A stretch of DNA of 32,000 nucleotides, from the NCBI RefSeq assembly GCF_003367075.2, contig NZ_CP065936.1, positions 870,001 through 902,000 of the forward strand. The letters are read 5' to 3'. This document shows positions 18,526 to 28,003 of this stretch, piece after piece. Origin of the DNA: Cylindrospermopsis raciborskii Cr2010. GTDB lineage: Bacteria > Cyanobacteriota > Cyanobacteriia > Cyanobacteriales > Nostocaceae. Within the stretch, counting starts at the first letter, position 1, and each line of letters begins with the position of its first letter. Below the pieces are notes generated by a model. That model worked only from the letters and a program-made list of their open reading frames with translations, searched no databases and was not told where the DNA came from. A program made the position numbers and the translations under genes.

Positions 18526-19269
18526 ATGATCACACCACCTATTCCATCTTTTTTAAATAGCTTTTGGGAAGATGCTTTTAGTTTAAAGCAACATCTTCAG
18601 GGATTTTTAAGTTTGGATGAGCAAACATTAGAAAGTAAATTAGCTGCTGGTCAAAAAGAAATGGCTGAGTTAGGCCATAAAGATTTTGACTGGGAAAAAG
18701 CTACAGCTTTCTATCAGTATCAGGTGAAAAATGAGTATCTTTTTGAGCTTGGAGCTTGGCATTTAAACAGTCATGATTATATTGGTAATACTTTACTATT
18801 AATTGCCAAATATGCCCAAGGTAGGGTATTAGATTTTGGTGGGGGAATTGGTACTCATGCTATTGGTGCTGCACGTTCGCCAAATGTTAAAGAGGTGTTT
18901 TATTTTGATATTAATCCGATTAATTGCGAGTTTTTCGAATATCGAGCTAAACAATTAGGGTTAGACAAAAAAATAGTTTTGTGTCAAGAAATGCCTAGTT
19001 CAGAAATGTTTGATACTATTGTTTGTTTTGATGTTTTAGAGCATTTACCAGATCCTATTCAGCAATTACTTACGTTTCATCAGTCTTTAGATGATGCAGG
19101 AAAAATCATTATGAATTGGTATTTCTTTAAAGGTTTTAATCAAGAATATCCTTTTCACCATGATGAACCAGAATTGCTAGATAGGTTTTTTCAGACATTA
19201 CAAACTAAATTTGTAGAAGTTTTTCATCCTTATTTAATTACTGCTCGTTGTTATCGCAAATGGATTTAA
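18526..19269 (+). CDS. Class I SAM-dependent methyltransferase
   Basis: Motif I VLDFGGGIGTHAIGAA, followed by FYFDIN and FDTIVCFDVLEHLPDP. Confidence 0.8.
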   Translation: MITPPIPSFLNSFWEDAFSLKQHLQGFLSLDEQTLESKLAAGQKEMAELGHKDFDWEKATAFYQYQVKNEYLFELGAWHLNSHDYIGNTLLLIAKYAQGRVLDFGGGIGTHAIGAARSPNVKEVFYFDINPINCEFFEYRAKQLGLDKKIVLCQEMPSSEMFDTIVCFDVLEHLPDPIQQLLTFHQSLDDAGKIIMNWYFFKGFNQEYPFHHDEPELLDRFFQTLQTKFVEVFHPYLITARCYRKWI

Positions 19270-19471
19270 TTTCATGGAAAATTTCTAATATTCCCTGATC
19301 TGCATCTAATGTTGCTTGTACCCCCACAGGTAAAGCTGCATTAGGGCTATCATGACCAAAGGGTAAATCGGAAACAATGGGAATATTGAGATCAGATAAG
19401 CGATCGCCCAAAACCTCCTCTATACTCAAACTGGGTATATTCGGAGGTGCATCACTGTACCACCACCCCAA
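19238..19471 (-). pseudogene. LD-carboxypeptidase (peptidase S66, LdcA-like) C-terminal fragment
   Basis: Only the last ~70 residues are present (IPIVSDLPFGHDSPNAALPVGVQATLDADQGILEI, which holds the catalytic-His region). The upstream frame is broken and there is no N-terminal domain. It overlaps the 3' end of the convergent methyltransferase gene. Confidence 0.6.
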
Positions 19472-19543
19472 CCATTACCCTTTAAAGGTGCGATCGCTCG
19501 ACCTGCTAAAATATCAAGTAACCGTTTCATTGACCATTCTGGC

Positions 19544-19633
19544 TCATCTTTGAGGGGGAGCATCAGCATTTTCTGGTAATTTGCCATGTAGGTTCTGGCG
19601 AGGGTCTGTTACAAAGTCCGGTTTGCTGACCAT
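19544..19633 (-). pseudogene. Relic of the cheW 5' end (29-codon ORF MVSKPDFVTDPRQNLHGKLPENADAPPQR*)
   Basis: It sits at the same distance from the tilS stop as the intact cheW sits from the tilS pseudogene. RQNLHGKLPENAD aligns with cheW RQNRHAKLPENTD. Homology ends at about 19562. Confidence 0.65.
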
Positions 19634-20458
19634 ATTTTCGGGAGTTTTCCAAGTGGGTTGTAGCCCATTCTAACTTTCTTTTTCTCTTGGAGTTAGAATG
19701 GGTTGTTGAATAACTATGGAAGCATTTTCTACTATTGCTATGCTACCACCAGGAAAAGGATCACTTTGAGAACGATTGGGGGCGTTAATTAAATCTGTGA
19801 TTTTTTCAATATGATCAAAATTGGGGGTTTGTGGTAACGCTTCATGCAATATTTGACGGATCACCCGGCGTTGGAGAGCTAAGGGCTGTTGTTTCAATAA
19901 ATGACGATTCAGATGTAAATCACCATTTTCACACTTTGTTAAGGCTTGTAACCTCAACTGGTGAGCTATTTGTTCTAGATACTCTACTTCTGCTCGCAAC
20001 AACTCTGCTGTATGAGATAAATGGGATTCCACCTGGGGGTTGAAGTTTGCTGCAAGATAGGGGAGTAACTGCTGACGAATACGATTTCGGGGGTACTGTA
20101 AATTTTGATTTGTGCTATCCACCCAAACTGGTAGGTCAAAGTCTTGGCAAAATTTTCCAGTTTGTTCCCGGGTAATCTCTAACAGGGGACGAACTAACAT
20201 CGTCTTCTTCCCTAAAGATCTTTGCCAATTTAAGGACTGTAAACCATCAGCACCACTCCCCCGAATCAGATTATATATTAAGGTCTCCGCTCGATCACTA
20301 CTGGTGTGTCCCGTAACGATGTATTTATAACCATAATCTTCAGCAATTTCCCTAAATACTCCATATCGCCAATTCCTAGCATCAGCTTCGCTATTTACCG
20401 GATCAGTGGCAATTTGTAAGTGGAATGGTAAATCCCAACTAGTTGCTAGATTTTTTAC
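19562..20458. repeat. Direct repeat, copy B (cheW 5' relic + spacer + 3' two-thirds of the intact tilS)
   Basis: Partner of 15632-16190; see the comparison given for that feature. Confidence 0.9.
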
Positions 20459-20677
20459 ATGATCCGCGTTCGCTTGGGAATCTTCTCGCCAACGATGATC
20501 ACAATGGGCGATCGCCAGTTTCCACTTCCATTTAACTTGTAAGTCCACCAACAACTTAATTAAACACAGTGAGTCCTGTCCACCGGATAGGGCAACCAAT
20601 AAATGTTCATGGGGTGCAAATAAATGACGATTCCGGATTGTGCGATGTATTTTAGCGTGTAAAGAAGTCCATGCCAT
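19670..20677 (-). CDS. tilS: tRNA(Ile)-lysidine synthase
   Basis: 335 aa. PP-loop motif ALSGGQDSLCL, plus HCDHRWRE and TGHTSSDRAETL, all typical of TilS. Confidence 0.9.
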   Translation of the reverse strand: MAWTSLHAKIHRTIRNRHLFAPHEHLLVALSGGQDSLCLIKLLVDLQVKWKWKLAIAHCDHRWREDSQANADHVKNLATSWDLPFHLQIATDPVNSEADARNWRYGVFREIAEDYGYKYIVTGHTSSDRAETLIYNLIRGSGADGLQSLNWQRSLGKKTMLVRPLLEITREQTGKFCQDFDLPVWVDSTNQNLQYPRNRIRQQLLPYLAANFNPQVESHLSHTAELLRAEVEYLEQIAHQLRLQALTKCENGDLHLNRHLLKQQPLALQRRVIRQILHEALPQTPNFDHIEKITDLINAPNRSQSDPFPGGSIAIVENASIVIQQPILTPREKES

Positions 20678-20684
20678 GTATTAA

Positions 20685-21950
20685 CTAGATTGGGTTATCC
20701 TTGGGATTGACTAGTTTTAATAGTTTCTGTTTAATTTGGGCATCGAAAACTTCCCACTTAATCTTAGCGTATGCGGAATTCTCATTACCACCAGACAGGA
20801 ATCCCATGGGAATCTCAAACCCACCAGCGCCAGTGCGTCCACCGCCAAAAAATCTTCCCGTACTATCTTGTCCAAAAGCTTCTTTAATAAACTCATCCGG
20901 ATCTAAGGTCAACTTTGTAGTTCTCAAGGATCCAATCACCACTTCCAACTCATCGTCCTCATCATGTACTATTCCATATACCATGGCAGTATGCACATTT
21001 TCTTCTGTCACCAAAAAATCCGCCGCTTGAGGTATGGCATCCCGGTCATCATACCGCAAATAACCAACACCAGCTATAGAAAAGTTATTCTGGACAATGC
21101 GATTTTTCAGAGAACGCTCAATAACATCCATTACACGCTTAGAGCGATTAGCTTGTAGAATGGCATTAAGTAGTTGAGCATCATAGAACTTGCTCAGGTA
21201 TGCAGCAGCCATAAAATCTTCTTCCTGGGCTTGCATTAACCGGTTAGTATCAGATCTTAACCCATGCATCAATGCTGTAGCACATTTCACATGCTGTCCC
21301 ATACTGCTATCCAGGGTGAGTAGACCTGACTGTAAATACTGGGTAAAAATAGTTGCTGTTGCTCGCACGTATGGACGAACATCAGTAAACTCGGCCTTGA
21401 GTTCCCCCTGTAAACTATGATGATCTACCAGGGTAATCAAAGGGATTCCAGCTTGCTGAAGGGCAGACGTTAAAGCAGAAGTAGTTCCTTGATTATCAAT
21501 CAAGACAAAACCCTGATAAGAAACCAAATCTTTGGTTTTAATGCTTTGTGCTGTACAGCGTTGAGCAGGTAAGGCAGTGAGTTTAACTAAAGCGATATTT
21601 TCCTGATGGCTGAGAGTGCCCGCATAAATAATTTCACACTTGATGTCATACTGTTGAGCAATCAGTTGATATGCCCAAGCACTAGAGAGAGCATCCGGGT
21701 CAGGAAAGTCTTGGAGGATGACCAAATGGCGCTCGTGTCGGTGGGCGAGAAGAGTTTTTTGTAATTCTTCTGACTTTTGAGCGCCCAGGGAACGGGAAGC
21801 ATTAGCAATGTTCCCATCACCATTAGATGGTAGCGCCTGAGTTCGATGCAATGGAGGAATGTCAACCGTAGTCTCTATTTCTATATCCTCCCCCTTTGGC
21901 TCTGTGGTCAGCGTGAAAGTCTCAATTTGAGAAACACTAGAATTCAACAT
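20685..21950 (-). CDS. DHH-family phosphoesterase (NrnA-like architecture with an N-terminal extension)
   Basis: Motifs FPDPDALSSAWA (DxD), LIDNQG, LVDHHS (DHH) and a DHHA1-like GGGRTGAGG. Lies 7 nt upstream of tilS on the same strand. Confidence 0.75.
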   Translation of the reverse strand: MLNSSVSQIETFTLTTEPKGEDIEIETTVDIPPLHRTQALPSNGDGNIANASRSLGAQKSEELQKTLLAHRHERHLVILQDFPDPDALSSAWAYQLIAQQYDIKCEIIYAGTLSHQENIALVKLTALPAQRCTAQSIKTKDLVSYQGFVLIDNQGTTSALTSALQQAGIPLITLVDHHSLQGELKAEFTDVRPYVRATATIFTQYLQSGLLTLDSSMGQHVKCATALMHGLRSDTNRLMQAQEEDFMAAAYLSKFYDAQLLNAILQANRSKRVMDVIERSLKNRIVQNNFSIAGVGYLRYDDRDAIPQAADFLVTEENVHTAMVYGIVHDEDDELEVVIGSLRTTKLTLDPDEFIKEAFGQDSTGRFFGGGRTGAGGFEIPMGFLSGGNENSAYAKIKWEVFDAQIKQKLLKLVNPKDNPI

Positions 21951-22041
21951 GGTGCGGACAGTTCTAATTGTTATGGAATTATATATCTATATGATCTGTT
22001 TAATCCTTTTCACCCAAACATCCCCATTCCCAGTTAATTGG

Positions 22042-22539
22042 TTAAAGTCCTATAACATATTTTTGCCACTCCTGATGAAGTCCACTTTTCAGATGTTTCG
22101 TTACCTCAAAGTAGAGACTACTATGAGGTTGGCGCGGCGGATACCGTAATGGCATCCGGGCTTCTTGGGGGGTGCGACAGCCTTTTTTGACGTTGCAACG
22201 TACACAAGCAGTAACAATATTCTCCCAAGTGTCACCTCCACCACGAGATCGGGGTATTACATGGTCCAATGTCAGATCATCACCGGTACAGCCACAGTAT
22301 TGACAAGTGTGACTATCACGGTGAAAAATGTTTCGACGTGTAAGTGGGATTTCTTTGTATGGAACGCGGACATAATGACGCAACCGAATTACGGTTGGCA
22401 GTGGAAAATCGGAACAGAGGAATTTGCCATTGTGTTCCACATGTTCTGCTTTGCCTTTAATCAACAAAACGATGGCACGTCGCCAAGTGGTAATGTTGAG
22501 CGGTTCGTAGGAGGCGTTTAGGACTAAAACCTTCCCCAT
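22042..22539 (-). CDS. HNH endonuclease-domain protein
   Basis: CQYCG...LTLDHVIPRSRGGGDTWENIVTACVRCNVKKG is an HNH motif with a zinc-ribbon cysteine pair. Confidence 0.8.
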   Translation of the reverse strand: MGKVLVLNASYEPLNITTWRRAIVLLIKGKAEHVEHNGKFLCSDFPLPTVIRLRHYVRVPYKEIPLTRRNIFHRDSHTCQYCGCTGDDLTLDHVIPRSRGGGDTWENIVTACVRCNVKKGCRTPQEARMPLRYPPRQPHSSLYFEVTKHLKSGLHQEWQKYVIGL

Positions 22540-22682
22540 TGATTTTAGCTCAAGGTATTAGTTTTGAACATTCTAACACAAATATACCTTTTTAGACAGA
22601 TGAGACAGCCCAAAGGTTAAAAATGGTAGTTAAATAGGGGTGAGAATTTTACATCTCCCCACTTTCAAAACAGGGAGATTAC

Positions 22683-23858
22683 ATGAAAATGCTTATTGTG
22701 CAAGATACTTACGCTTGGTTTTCACAACGTGCCTGGGTAGAAATTGATTTAGGAGCCTTGTCTAATAATGTGAAGCAGTTAGTAGGGTTTTTATCCCCAG
22801 GAAGCCAATTGATGGCTGTAGTCAAGGCGGATGCCTACGGACACGGTGCTGTTACTGTAGCTACAACTGTTTTAGCTGCGGGGGCCACCTGGCTAGGAGT
22901 AGCTACAGTTACCGAGGGTATTCAATTGCGGGAGGCTGGAATTAGGGCCCCAATCCTGATTTTGGGTGCTACCCATACACCAGAACAAATTCATGCTATC
23001 ACCTCTTGGCAACTGGAACCTACTTTATGTAGTCCAGGACAAGCTTTAATATTTTCTGATTTATTAAATTCTATTGACTATAATTATGAATTGCCAGTTC
23101 ATATTAAGTTAGATACAGGAATGTCAAGACTAGGTGCTGACTGGCAACAAGCGGGTCAATTTGCTCAGTTGGTGCAAGGACTGCCTCGGTTACATATTGC
23201 TAGTGTTTATTCTCACTTTGCTACAGCGGATAGTCCTGATACCACAATTATGGAACAACAGCATGCAAGATTCCAACAGGCGATCGCTCAAATTAGGGCA
23301 ATGGGCATAAAAATACCAAGTTTACACCTAGCCAATTCTGCTGCTACCCTAGGGAACAAAGAATTACACTATGACATGGTGCGTGCGGGACTAGCCATTT
23401 ATGGACTTTATCCAGCTGCTCACCAGAGAAATCATTTGCAACTGCGTCCCGCACTACAGGTAAAAGCGAGAATCACACATATAAAAACAATTAGTGAAGG
23501 AACAGGGGTAAGTTATGGGCATAAATTTATTGCTCCTAGAGAAATGCGAATTGGAGTAGTTGGTATTGGTTATGCTGATGGAGTGCCCAGAAGTCTTTCT
23601 AACCAAATGGATGTATTGGTGCAGGGTCAAAGAGTTAAGCAGATTGGTATGATTACTATGGATCAACTGATGATAGATATTAGTTCCCTGGTGGAAGTAG
23701 AGGAAGGGGAAATAGTCACCCTATTAGGGGAACAGGGAGAAGAGAACATCACAGCGGATGATTGGGCAAATCAATTGAACACTATTTCCTGGGAAATCAT
23801 TTGTGGGTTCAAACATCGTCTACCCCGTGTGGCTATAGGGATTGATGGAGAAATTTGA
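22683..23858 (+). CDS. alr: Alanine racemase
   Basis: PLP-lysine motif AVVKADAYGHG and the C-terminal region GVSYGHKF...GYADGVPR. The true start could be the ATG at 22689. Confidence 0.9.
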   Translation: MKMLIVQDTYAWFSQRAWVEIDLGALSNNVKQLVGFLSPGSQLMAVVKADAYGHGAVTVATTVLAAGATWLGVATVTEGIQLREAGIRAPILILGATHTPEQIHAITSWQLEPTLCSPGQALIFSDLLNSIDYNYELPVHIKLDTGMSRLGADWQQAGQFAQLVQGLPRLHIASVYSHFATADSPDTTIMEQQHARFQQAIAQIRAMGIKIPSLHLANSAATLGNKELHYDMVRAGLAIYGLYPAAHQRNHLQLRPALQVKARITHIKTISEGTGVSYGHKFIAPREMRIGVVGIGYADGVPRSLSNQMDVLVQGQRVKQIGMITMDQLMIDISSLVEVEEGEIVTLLGEQGEENITADDWANQLNTISWEIICGFKHRLPRVAIGIDGEI

Positions 23859-23887
23859 TCAAAAAGAAAAAAAATAGCAGATCCCTC

Positions 23888-23916
23888 TTGCCAAGGAAAA
23901 GTTGCTATGATAGTAT
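23888..23916 (+). promoter_or_regulatory. Possible tRNA promoter: TTGCCA (23888-23893), 17 nt spacer, TAGTAT (23911-23916)
   Basis: Hexamers were read from the sequence. The -10 box ends 21 nt before the mature tRNA 5' end, which is compatible with a short RNase P-processed leader. Confidence 0.4.
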
Positions 23917-23937
23917 TAGATACTAATGCGGATGTGG

Positions 23938-24019
23938 CGGAATTGGCAGACGCGCTAGATTTAGGTTCTAGTTCCGACAGGAGTGAAGGTTCAAGTCCTT
24001 TCATCCGCATTATATAAAC
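23938..24019 (+). tRNA. tRNA-Leu, anticodon UAG (class II, long variable arm), no encoded CCA
   Basis: Folded by hand. Acceptor GCGGATG/CATCCGC; D arm GCG-GAATTGGCAGA-CGC; anticodon stem CTAGA/TCTAG with loop TTTAGGT; 13-nt variable arm; T arm GAAGG-TTCAAGT-CCTTT; discriminator A. Confidence 0.9.
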
Positions 24020-24078
24020 CCGTTTACAAGCTACTGAGTGCTTATGAGGTAATAGAAACATAACGGTTTAGTAGTTTT

Positions 24079-24699
24079 ATGGATAATATACAACGTCCAT
24101 CAATTCTCAAAGTCGGTGAAACCTATACCTTTCGGAAATACTTTGATTTAAAATTTGCCCCTGGTGACATTTTAAGAGAATTAGGTGCAAATTTAATTAA
24201 GAGTAGGATTGACCTACCAACGAGTAAGAATGAGATTACTAGATTGGAGGATTTAAAACAGAGATTAGAAGAAGCAATTCAAATAGTCAATCTCACTAGC
24301 GAAGCAGCTAGAAGAGAGGTTTTAATAGCCCCGATTTTATTAGAAATTGCCCACATTACCCGATCCAGCATTAATATAGAATACCCTATAGAAATCAACC
24401 AATTTTTGCGGGGAGATTTAGATTACTACCTAAAATCTGAACACCAAATATTGGTTGTGGAAGCCAAACAAGCGGATTTAACTAGAGGTTTTACCCAACT
24501 TGCTGTGGAGCTAATTGCTCTAAATGAATGGATATGGAGGACTGAACCTATATTGTACGGAGCAGTAACCACAGGAGAAATTTGGCAATTTGGCAGTTTT
24601 CAACCTGAGAGCAAACTGGTTACCCAAGATCTAATGCTATATCGCGTCCCTATGGATTTGGAAATACTCATGAAAGTATTAGTGGGCATCTTAACATAG
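24079..24699 (+). CDS. Hypothetical protein with a PD-(D/E)xK / HsdR-N-like nuclease-fold core
   Basis: 206 aa. The arrangement EVLIAPILLEIA ... GDLDYYLKSEHQILVVEAKQ ... FTQLAVELIAL follows the E / D / E-x-K / Q pattern of restriction-endonuclease-like domains. Assignment is by motif only. Confidence 0.5.
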   Translation: MDNIQRPSILKVGETYTFRKYFDLKFAPGDILRELGANLIKSRIDLPTSKNEITRLEDLKQRLEEAIQIVNLTSEAARREVLIAPILLEIAHITRSSINIEYPIEINQFLRGDLDYYLKSEHQILVVEAKQADLTRGFTQLAVELIALNEWIWRTEPILYGAVTTGEIWQFGSFQPESKLVTQDLMLYRVPMDLEILMKVLVGILT

Positions 24700-24701
24700 C
24701 C

Positions 24702-24729
24702 AAAGGCTGTGGGTTTACAGCCTTTTTCT
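24702..24729 (+). terminator. Intrinsic terminator: AAAGGCTG / 8-nt loop / CAGCCTTT followed by TT
   Basis: Stem 24702-24709 pairs with 24718-24725, and the T-run extends to 24727. It lies between two convergent genes. Confidence 0.55.
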
Positions 24730-24749
24730 ACCCATGTTTAAATAATAGG

Positions 24750-26546
24750 TCAAAGGCTACTTTCTTTAGGTTTTACAGTGGAATTCACATGAAGTTCTTT
24801 TAACTGCTTAATCTCTACCGTTGCAGGTGCATCAGTCAATAAACAGCGAGCTTGTTGGGTTTTAGGAAAAGCGATCACATCACGAATGGACTCTTCCTGA
24901 GCTAGTAACATAACTAGTCTATCCACCCCATAAGCGATTCCACCATGGGGAGGTGTGCCATACTCAAAAGCTTCTAAAAGAAAACCAAATTTGTTTCGTG
25001 CTTCCTCTGAACTAAGCCCAATAGTCTCAAATACTCGCGCTTGTACTTCTCGTTGATAAATCCTTAAACTTCCTCCACCTACTTCAAATCCATTCAACAC
25101 TAAATCATAGGCTTGAGCGCGAGCAGTCTTCAAATCATGTAAATCATCCGGGTGAGGAGCGGTAAATGGATGATGTAAAGCTTCTAATCTTTTTTCGTTA
25201 GCATTCCATTCAAACATAGGAAATTCCGTAATCCAGAGGAAGTTGATCTTCCCAGGGGGAATTAAGTTAAACTCCCTAGCAATAAACTGACGCAATCTAT
25301 CTAAAGTCTTATTAACAACAGAAGCATCAGCAGCAGCAAAAAGTAACAAGTGTCCCTCTTTTGCAGCAGTTCTAGTTAAAATTTCTTGTTTTTGTGCTGC
25401 CGTTAAATTGTCCTTAATTGCACCAATAGTGTCAATTTCCCCATTGTCCCTAACCCGAATATATGCTAAACCTTTTGCACCAGCTTCTGCTGCTTCCCGA
25501 AAAATGTCTCCACCGGGTTTAATCCGTACGTTGGAGATGGCATCATTCCCATGGGGAATAGGTAAGATTTTCACCATACCCCCCCCAGCAACCACATCCC
25601 TGAACACCTTGAAACCACAATCTTGGACTACGTCAGAAACATCTACTAGTTCCAAACCATAGCGGGTATCTGGTTTGTCCGTACCATACTTATTCATGGC
25701 ATCCTGATATCTTAACCGGGGGAAGGGATGGGGTAAGTCAATATCTTGAACGGTTTTGAAAATGTGACAAACTAATTTTTCGTTCAGCTGGATAATTTCC
25801 TCTTCTGACATGAAACTCATTTCCATATCCAGTTGGGTAAACTCCGGTTGTCGATCTGCACGCAAATCCTCATCCCGAAAACAGCGAGCAATTTGATAGT
25901 ACCTATCCATCCCCGACACCATTAATATTTGTTTGAACAACTGCGGGGATTGGGGTAGGGCAAACCATTGACCTTCATTAACCCGACTAGGAAGGATATA
26001 GTCCCGAGCACCTTCAGGAGTAGAACGGGTCAAAACAGGAGTTTCTATTTCTATAAAACCCTCCTGGTCTTCTAAATAACGACGCATGGCTTTGACCACT
26101 TGATGGCGCAGTTGTATGTTCTTAGCCATCCTTTCCCGTCGTAAGTCCAAATAACGATATTTTAACCGCACGTCCTCCCTCACATTCTCCGTCTCCCCAC
26201 TGGAAACCTGAAAAGGTAAATTCTTACTAACGGAATTGAGTAGTTCTATATGATCTGCGTATACTTCTACTTCACCCGTGAGCAAACGGGGATTCAGGGA
26301 TTCAGCTGGACGCTCCGTCACTCTACCAGTGATTTTGAGGACGTATTCGTTGCGTATGCTATTGGCTATTTGATAAGATTCTGGAGTGCGCTGTGGATCG
26401 CTTACAACTTGCACAATACCAGAGCGATCGCGCAGGTCTAGGAAAATTACACCTCCATGATCGCGGTGACGGTCTACCCAACCATATAATATTACATTTT
26501 CTCCAATATGATGTTTTCGAGGTTCTCCGCAATAGTGAGTTCGCAT
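24750..26546 (-). CDS. aspS: Aspartate--tRNA ligase (possibly non-discriminating, since gatB is present in the window)
   Basis: 598 aa class II synthetase. Motif 2 [18 protein letters not shown], plus GGGSLRI and motif 3 GIAYGVDRL. Confidence 0.95.
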   Translation of the reverse strand: MRTHYCGEPRKHHIGENVILYGWVDRHRDHGGVIFLDLRDRSGIVQVVSDPQRTPESYQIANSIRNEYVLKITGRVTERPAESLNPRLLTGEVEVYADHIELLNSVSKNLPFQVSSGETENVREDVRLKYRYLDLRRERMAKNIQLRHQVVKAMRRYLEDQEGFIEIETPVLTRSTPEGARDYILPSRVNEGQWFALPQSPQLFKQILMVSGMDRYYQIARCFRDEDLRADRQPEFTQLDMEMSFMSEEEIIQLNEKLVCHIFKTVQDIDLPHPFPRLRYQDAMNKYGTDKPDTRYGLELVDVSDVVQDCGFKVFRDVVAGGGMVKILPIPHGNDAISNVRIKPGGDIFREAAEAGAKGLAYIRVRDNGEIDTIGAIKDNLTAAQKQEILTRTAAKEGHLLLFAAADASVVNKTLDRLRQFIAREFNLIPPGKINFLWITEFPMFEWNANEKRLEALHHPFTAPHPDDLHDLKTARAQAYDLVLNGFEVGGGSLRIYQREVQARVFETIGLSSEEARNKFGFLLEAFEYGTPPHGGIAYGVDRLVMLLAQEESIRDVIAFPKTQQARCLLTDAPATVEIKQLKELHVNSTVKPKESSL

Positions 26547-26659
26547 AGTAAGTTCTTTTTTCGGTCTGAATAAATAAATGTCAAGATTTGCCCATTGTAG
26601 ATTATAGGCAAAAAGCAGGCAAAGATTTGAGAATATAGATAGTTTGACCTATGAAGATC

Positions 26660-28003
26660 TTACTCCACCAGTTCACCACTTAAACTAAAAGCGCGAACCT
26701 CCTGAATTTGTACCCTGACCATTTTTCCTCTCAGTTGATTGATATCCCCCTGAAAGAAGGCCAGACGGTTTCCCCTGGTTCTACCCATGACCTGGGATTG
26801 ATCCTTGGGATTTTGATCTTCTACCAATACTTCCTCCATTCTCCCTAGGTAACGCTGCGATCGCTGTGCTGCTTTCACATTAACTAAGTGATTCAATCTT
26901 TGCAGGCGATCGCTCTTGATTTCTTCACTCAACTGATTATCCCACAGTGCTGCTGGAGTACCGGGACGGGGTGAGTAAGCAGCAGTATTTAAATGGTCAA
27001 ATCCAATGTCATCAACCAATTGTAGAGTATTTTCAAACTGTATTTCTGTTTCTCCGGGAAATCCCACAATAGCATCTGCGCTGATAGAAGCATCTGGCAT
27101 ATAGCTACGAATTGTGTTAATGATCCGCCGATATTTCTCTTGAGTATAACCTCGGGACATGGCCTTCAATATTTCATTATCCCCGGACTGGAAGGGAATA
27201 TGAAAGTGTTCACAAATTTTGGGTAGCTCTGCACATGCTTTGATCAGCCTTTCTGTAAAGTAGCGAGGATGACTAGTAGCGAATCTAATTCTTTCAATAC
27301 CCGGCACATCGTGGACATAATAGAGTAAATCGGTAAAGGTGTGCAGATGGCGACCTTCAGCGGTTGAACCGGGTAAATCTCTGCCATAAGCATCAATATT
27401 TTGACCCAAAAGAGTGATTTCCCGATAACCCTGTTGACCCAGAATTTCCATTTCTCCACGAATAGCTTCAGGGGTACGAGACTGTTCCACACCCCGGACA
27501 TTAGGGACTACACAATAGGTACAACGTTCATTACAACCGTAAATTACGTTCACCCAAGCAGTTACCCGACTATCACGACGGGGCTGGGTAATATCCTCTA
27601 ATATGTGTACCTCTTCTGTAGCTACTACTTGATTACCCGCAAAAACCGAATCCAATAAATCCTTCAAGCGGTTAGCATATTGGGGACCCATAACCAAATC
27701 TAATTCTGGCACTCGTCGCAACAAAGCCTGGCCTTCTTGTTGTGCCACACAGCCAGCAACAACCAGAGTCAAATCCGGTTCTTGGTGTTTACGTTTAGCC
27801 TGTCTACCCAAATAAGAGTAAACCTTTTGTTCTGCATTGTCCCGAATAGTGCAAGTATTGTAGACAATCAGATTAGCATTCTGAGGATTTTCTGACCATT
27901 CAAAGCCCATATCTTCCAGTATACCAGCCATGCGCTCTGAGTCAGCTTTATTCATTTGGCAACCGAATGTGGTAATGTGATAACGACGAGGTAAACCATT
28001 CAT
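26660..28003 (-). CDS. miaB: tRNA-2-methylthio-N6-dimethylallyladenosine synthase (radical-SAM methylthiotransferase)
   Basis: MTTase N-domain TFGCQMN, radical-SAM motif CNERCTYC, and a C-terminal TRAM-like domain. Confidence 0.9.
   Translation of the reverse strand: MNGLPRRYHITTFGCQMNKADSERMAGILEDMGFEWSENPQNANLIVYNTCTIRDNAEQKVYSYLGRQAKRKHQEPDLTLVVAGCVAQQEGQALLRRVPELDLVMGPQYANRLKDLLDSVFAGNQVVATEEVHILEDITQPRRDSRVTAWVNVIYGCNERCTYCVVPNVRGVEQSRTPEAIRGEMEILGQQGYREITLLGQNIDAYGRDLPGSTAEGRHLHTFTDLLYYVHDVPGIERIRFATSHPRYFTERLIKACAELPKICEHFHIPFQSGDNEILKAMSRGYTQEKYRRIINTIRSYMPDASISADAIVGFPGETEIQFENTLQLVDDIGFDHLNTAAYSPRPGTPAALWDNQLSEEIKSDRLQRLNHLVNVKAAQRSQRYLGRMEEVLVEDQNPKDQSQVMGRTRGNRLAFFQGDINQLRGKMVRVQIQEVRAFSLSGELVE

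Noticed and set aside
16191-19561. Classical mobile element (IS, transposon or integrative island)
   Set aside because: There is no transposase, integrase or recombinase gene and there are no terminal inverted repeats. The flanking direct repeat is about 560 bp of host genes, not a short target-site duplication or att site.
8056-22521. Assorted antisense or overlapping ORFs: 8056-8253, 8150-8503, 9120-9464, 10403-10585, 10724-11086, 11336-11560, 13400-13654, 14314-14715, 15249-15506, 15877-16089, 19831-20043, 20112-20330, 20701-21030, 20964-21158, 21190-21420, 21662-21865, 21846-22037, 21949-22149, 22165-22521
   Set aside because: Each lies wholly or largely within a longer ORF that carries clear family motifs (a few also extend into adjacent spacers), and their translations are low-complexity with no motifs. 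They are treated as shadow ORFs.
22042-22539. HNH protein as a defence or homing endonuclease, possibly forming a system with the DHH phosphoesterase
   Set aside because: It is a stand-alone 165 aa HNH protein. It is separated by 91 nt from the DHH-tilS genes, has no methylase, helicase or intein/intron context, and its neighbours are housekeeping genes. Nothing in the sequence supports a system call.
23938-24019. Group I intron in tRNA-Leu, as in cyanobacterial tRNA-Leu(UAA)
   Set aside because: The anticodon here is UAG, and the gene is a continuous 82 nt with an intact anticodon loop.
23771-24061. 96 aa minus-strand ORF
   Set aside because: It runs antisense across the alr 3' end and straight through the tRNA-Leu gene. 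The translation (…MKGLEPSLLSELEPKSSASA…) is the typical artefact of reading a tRNA.
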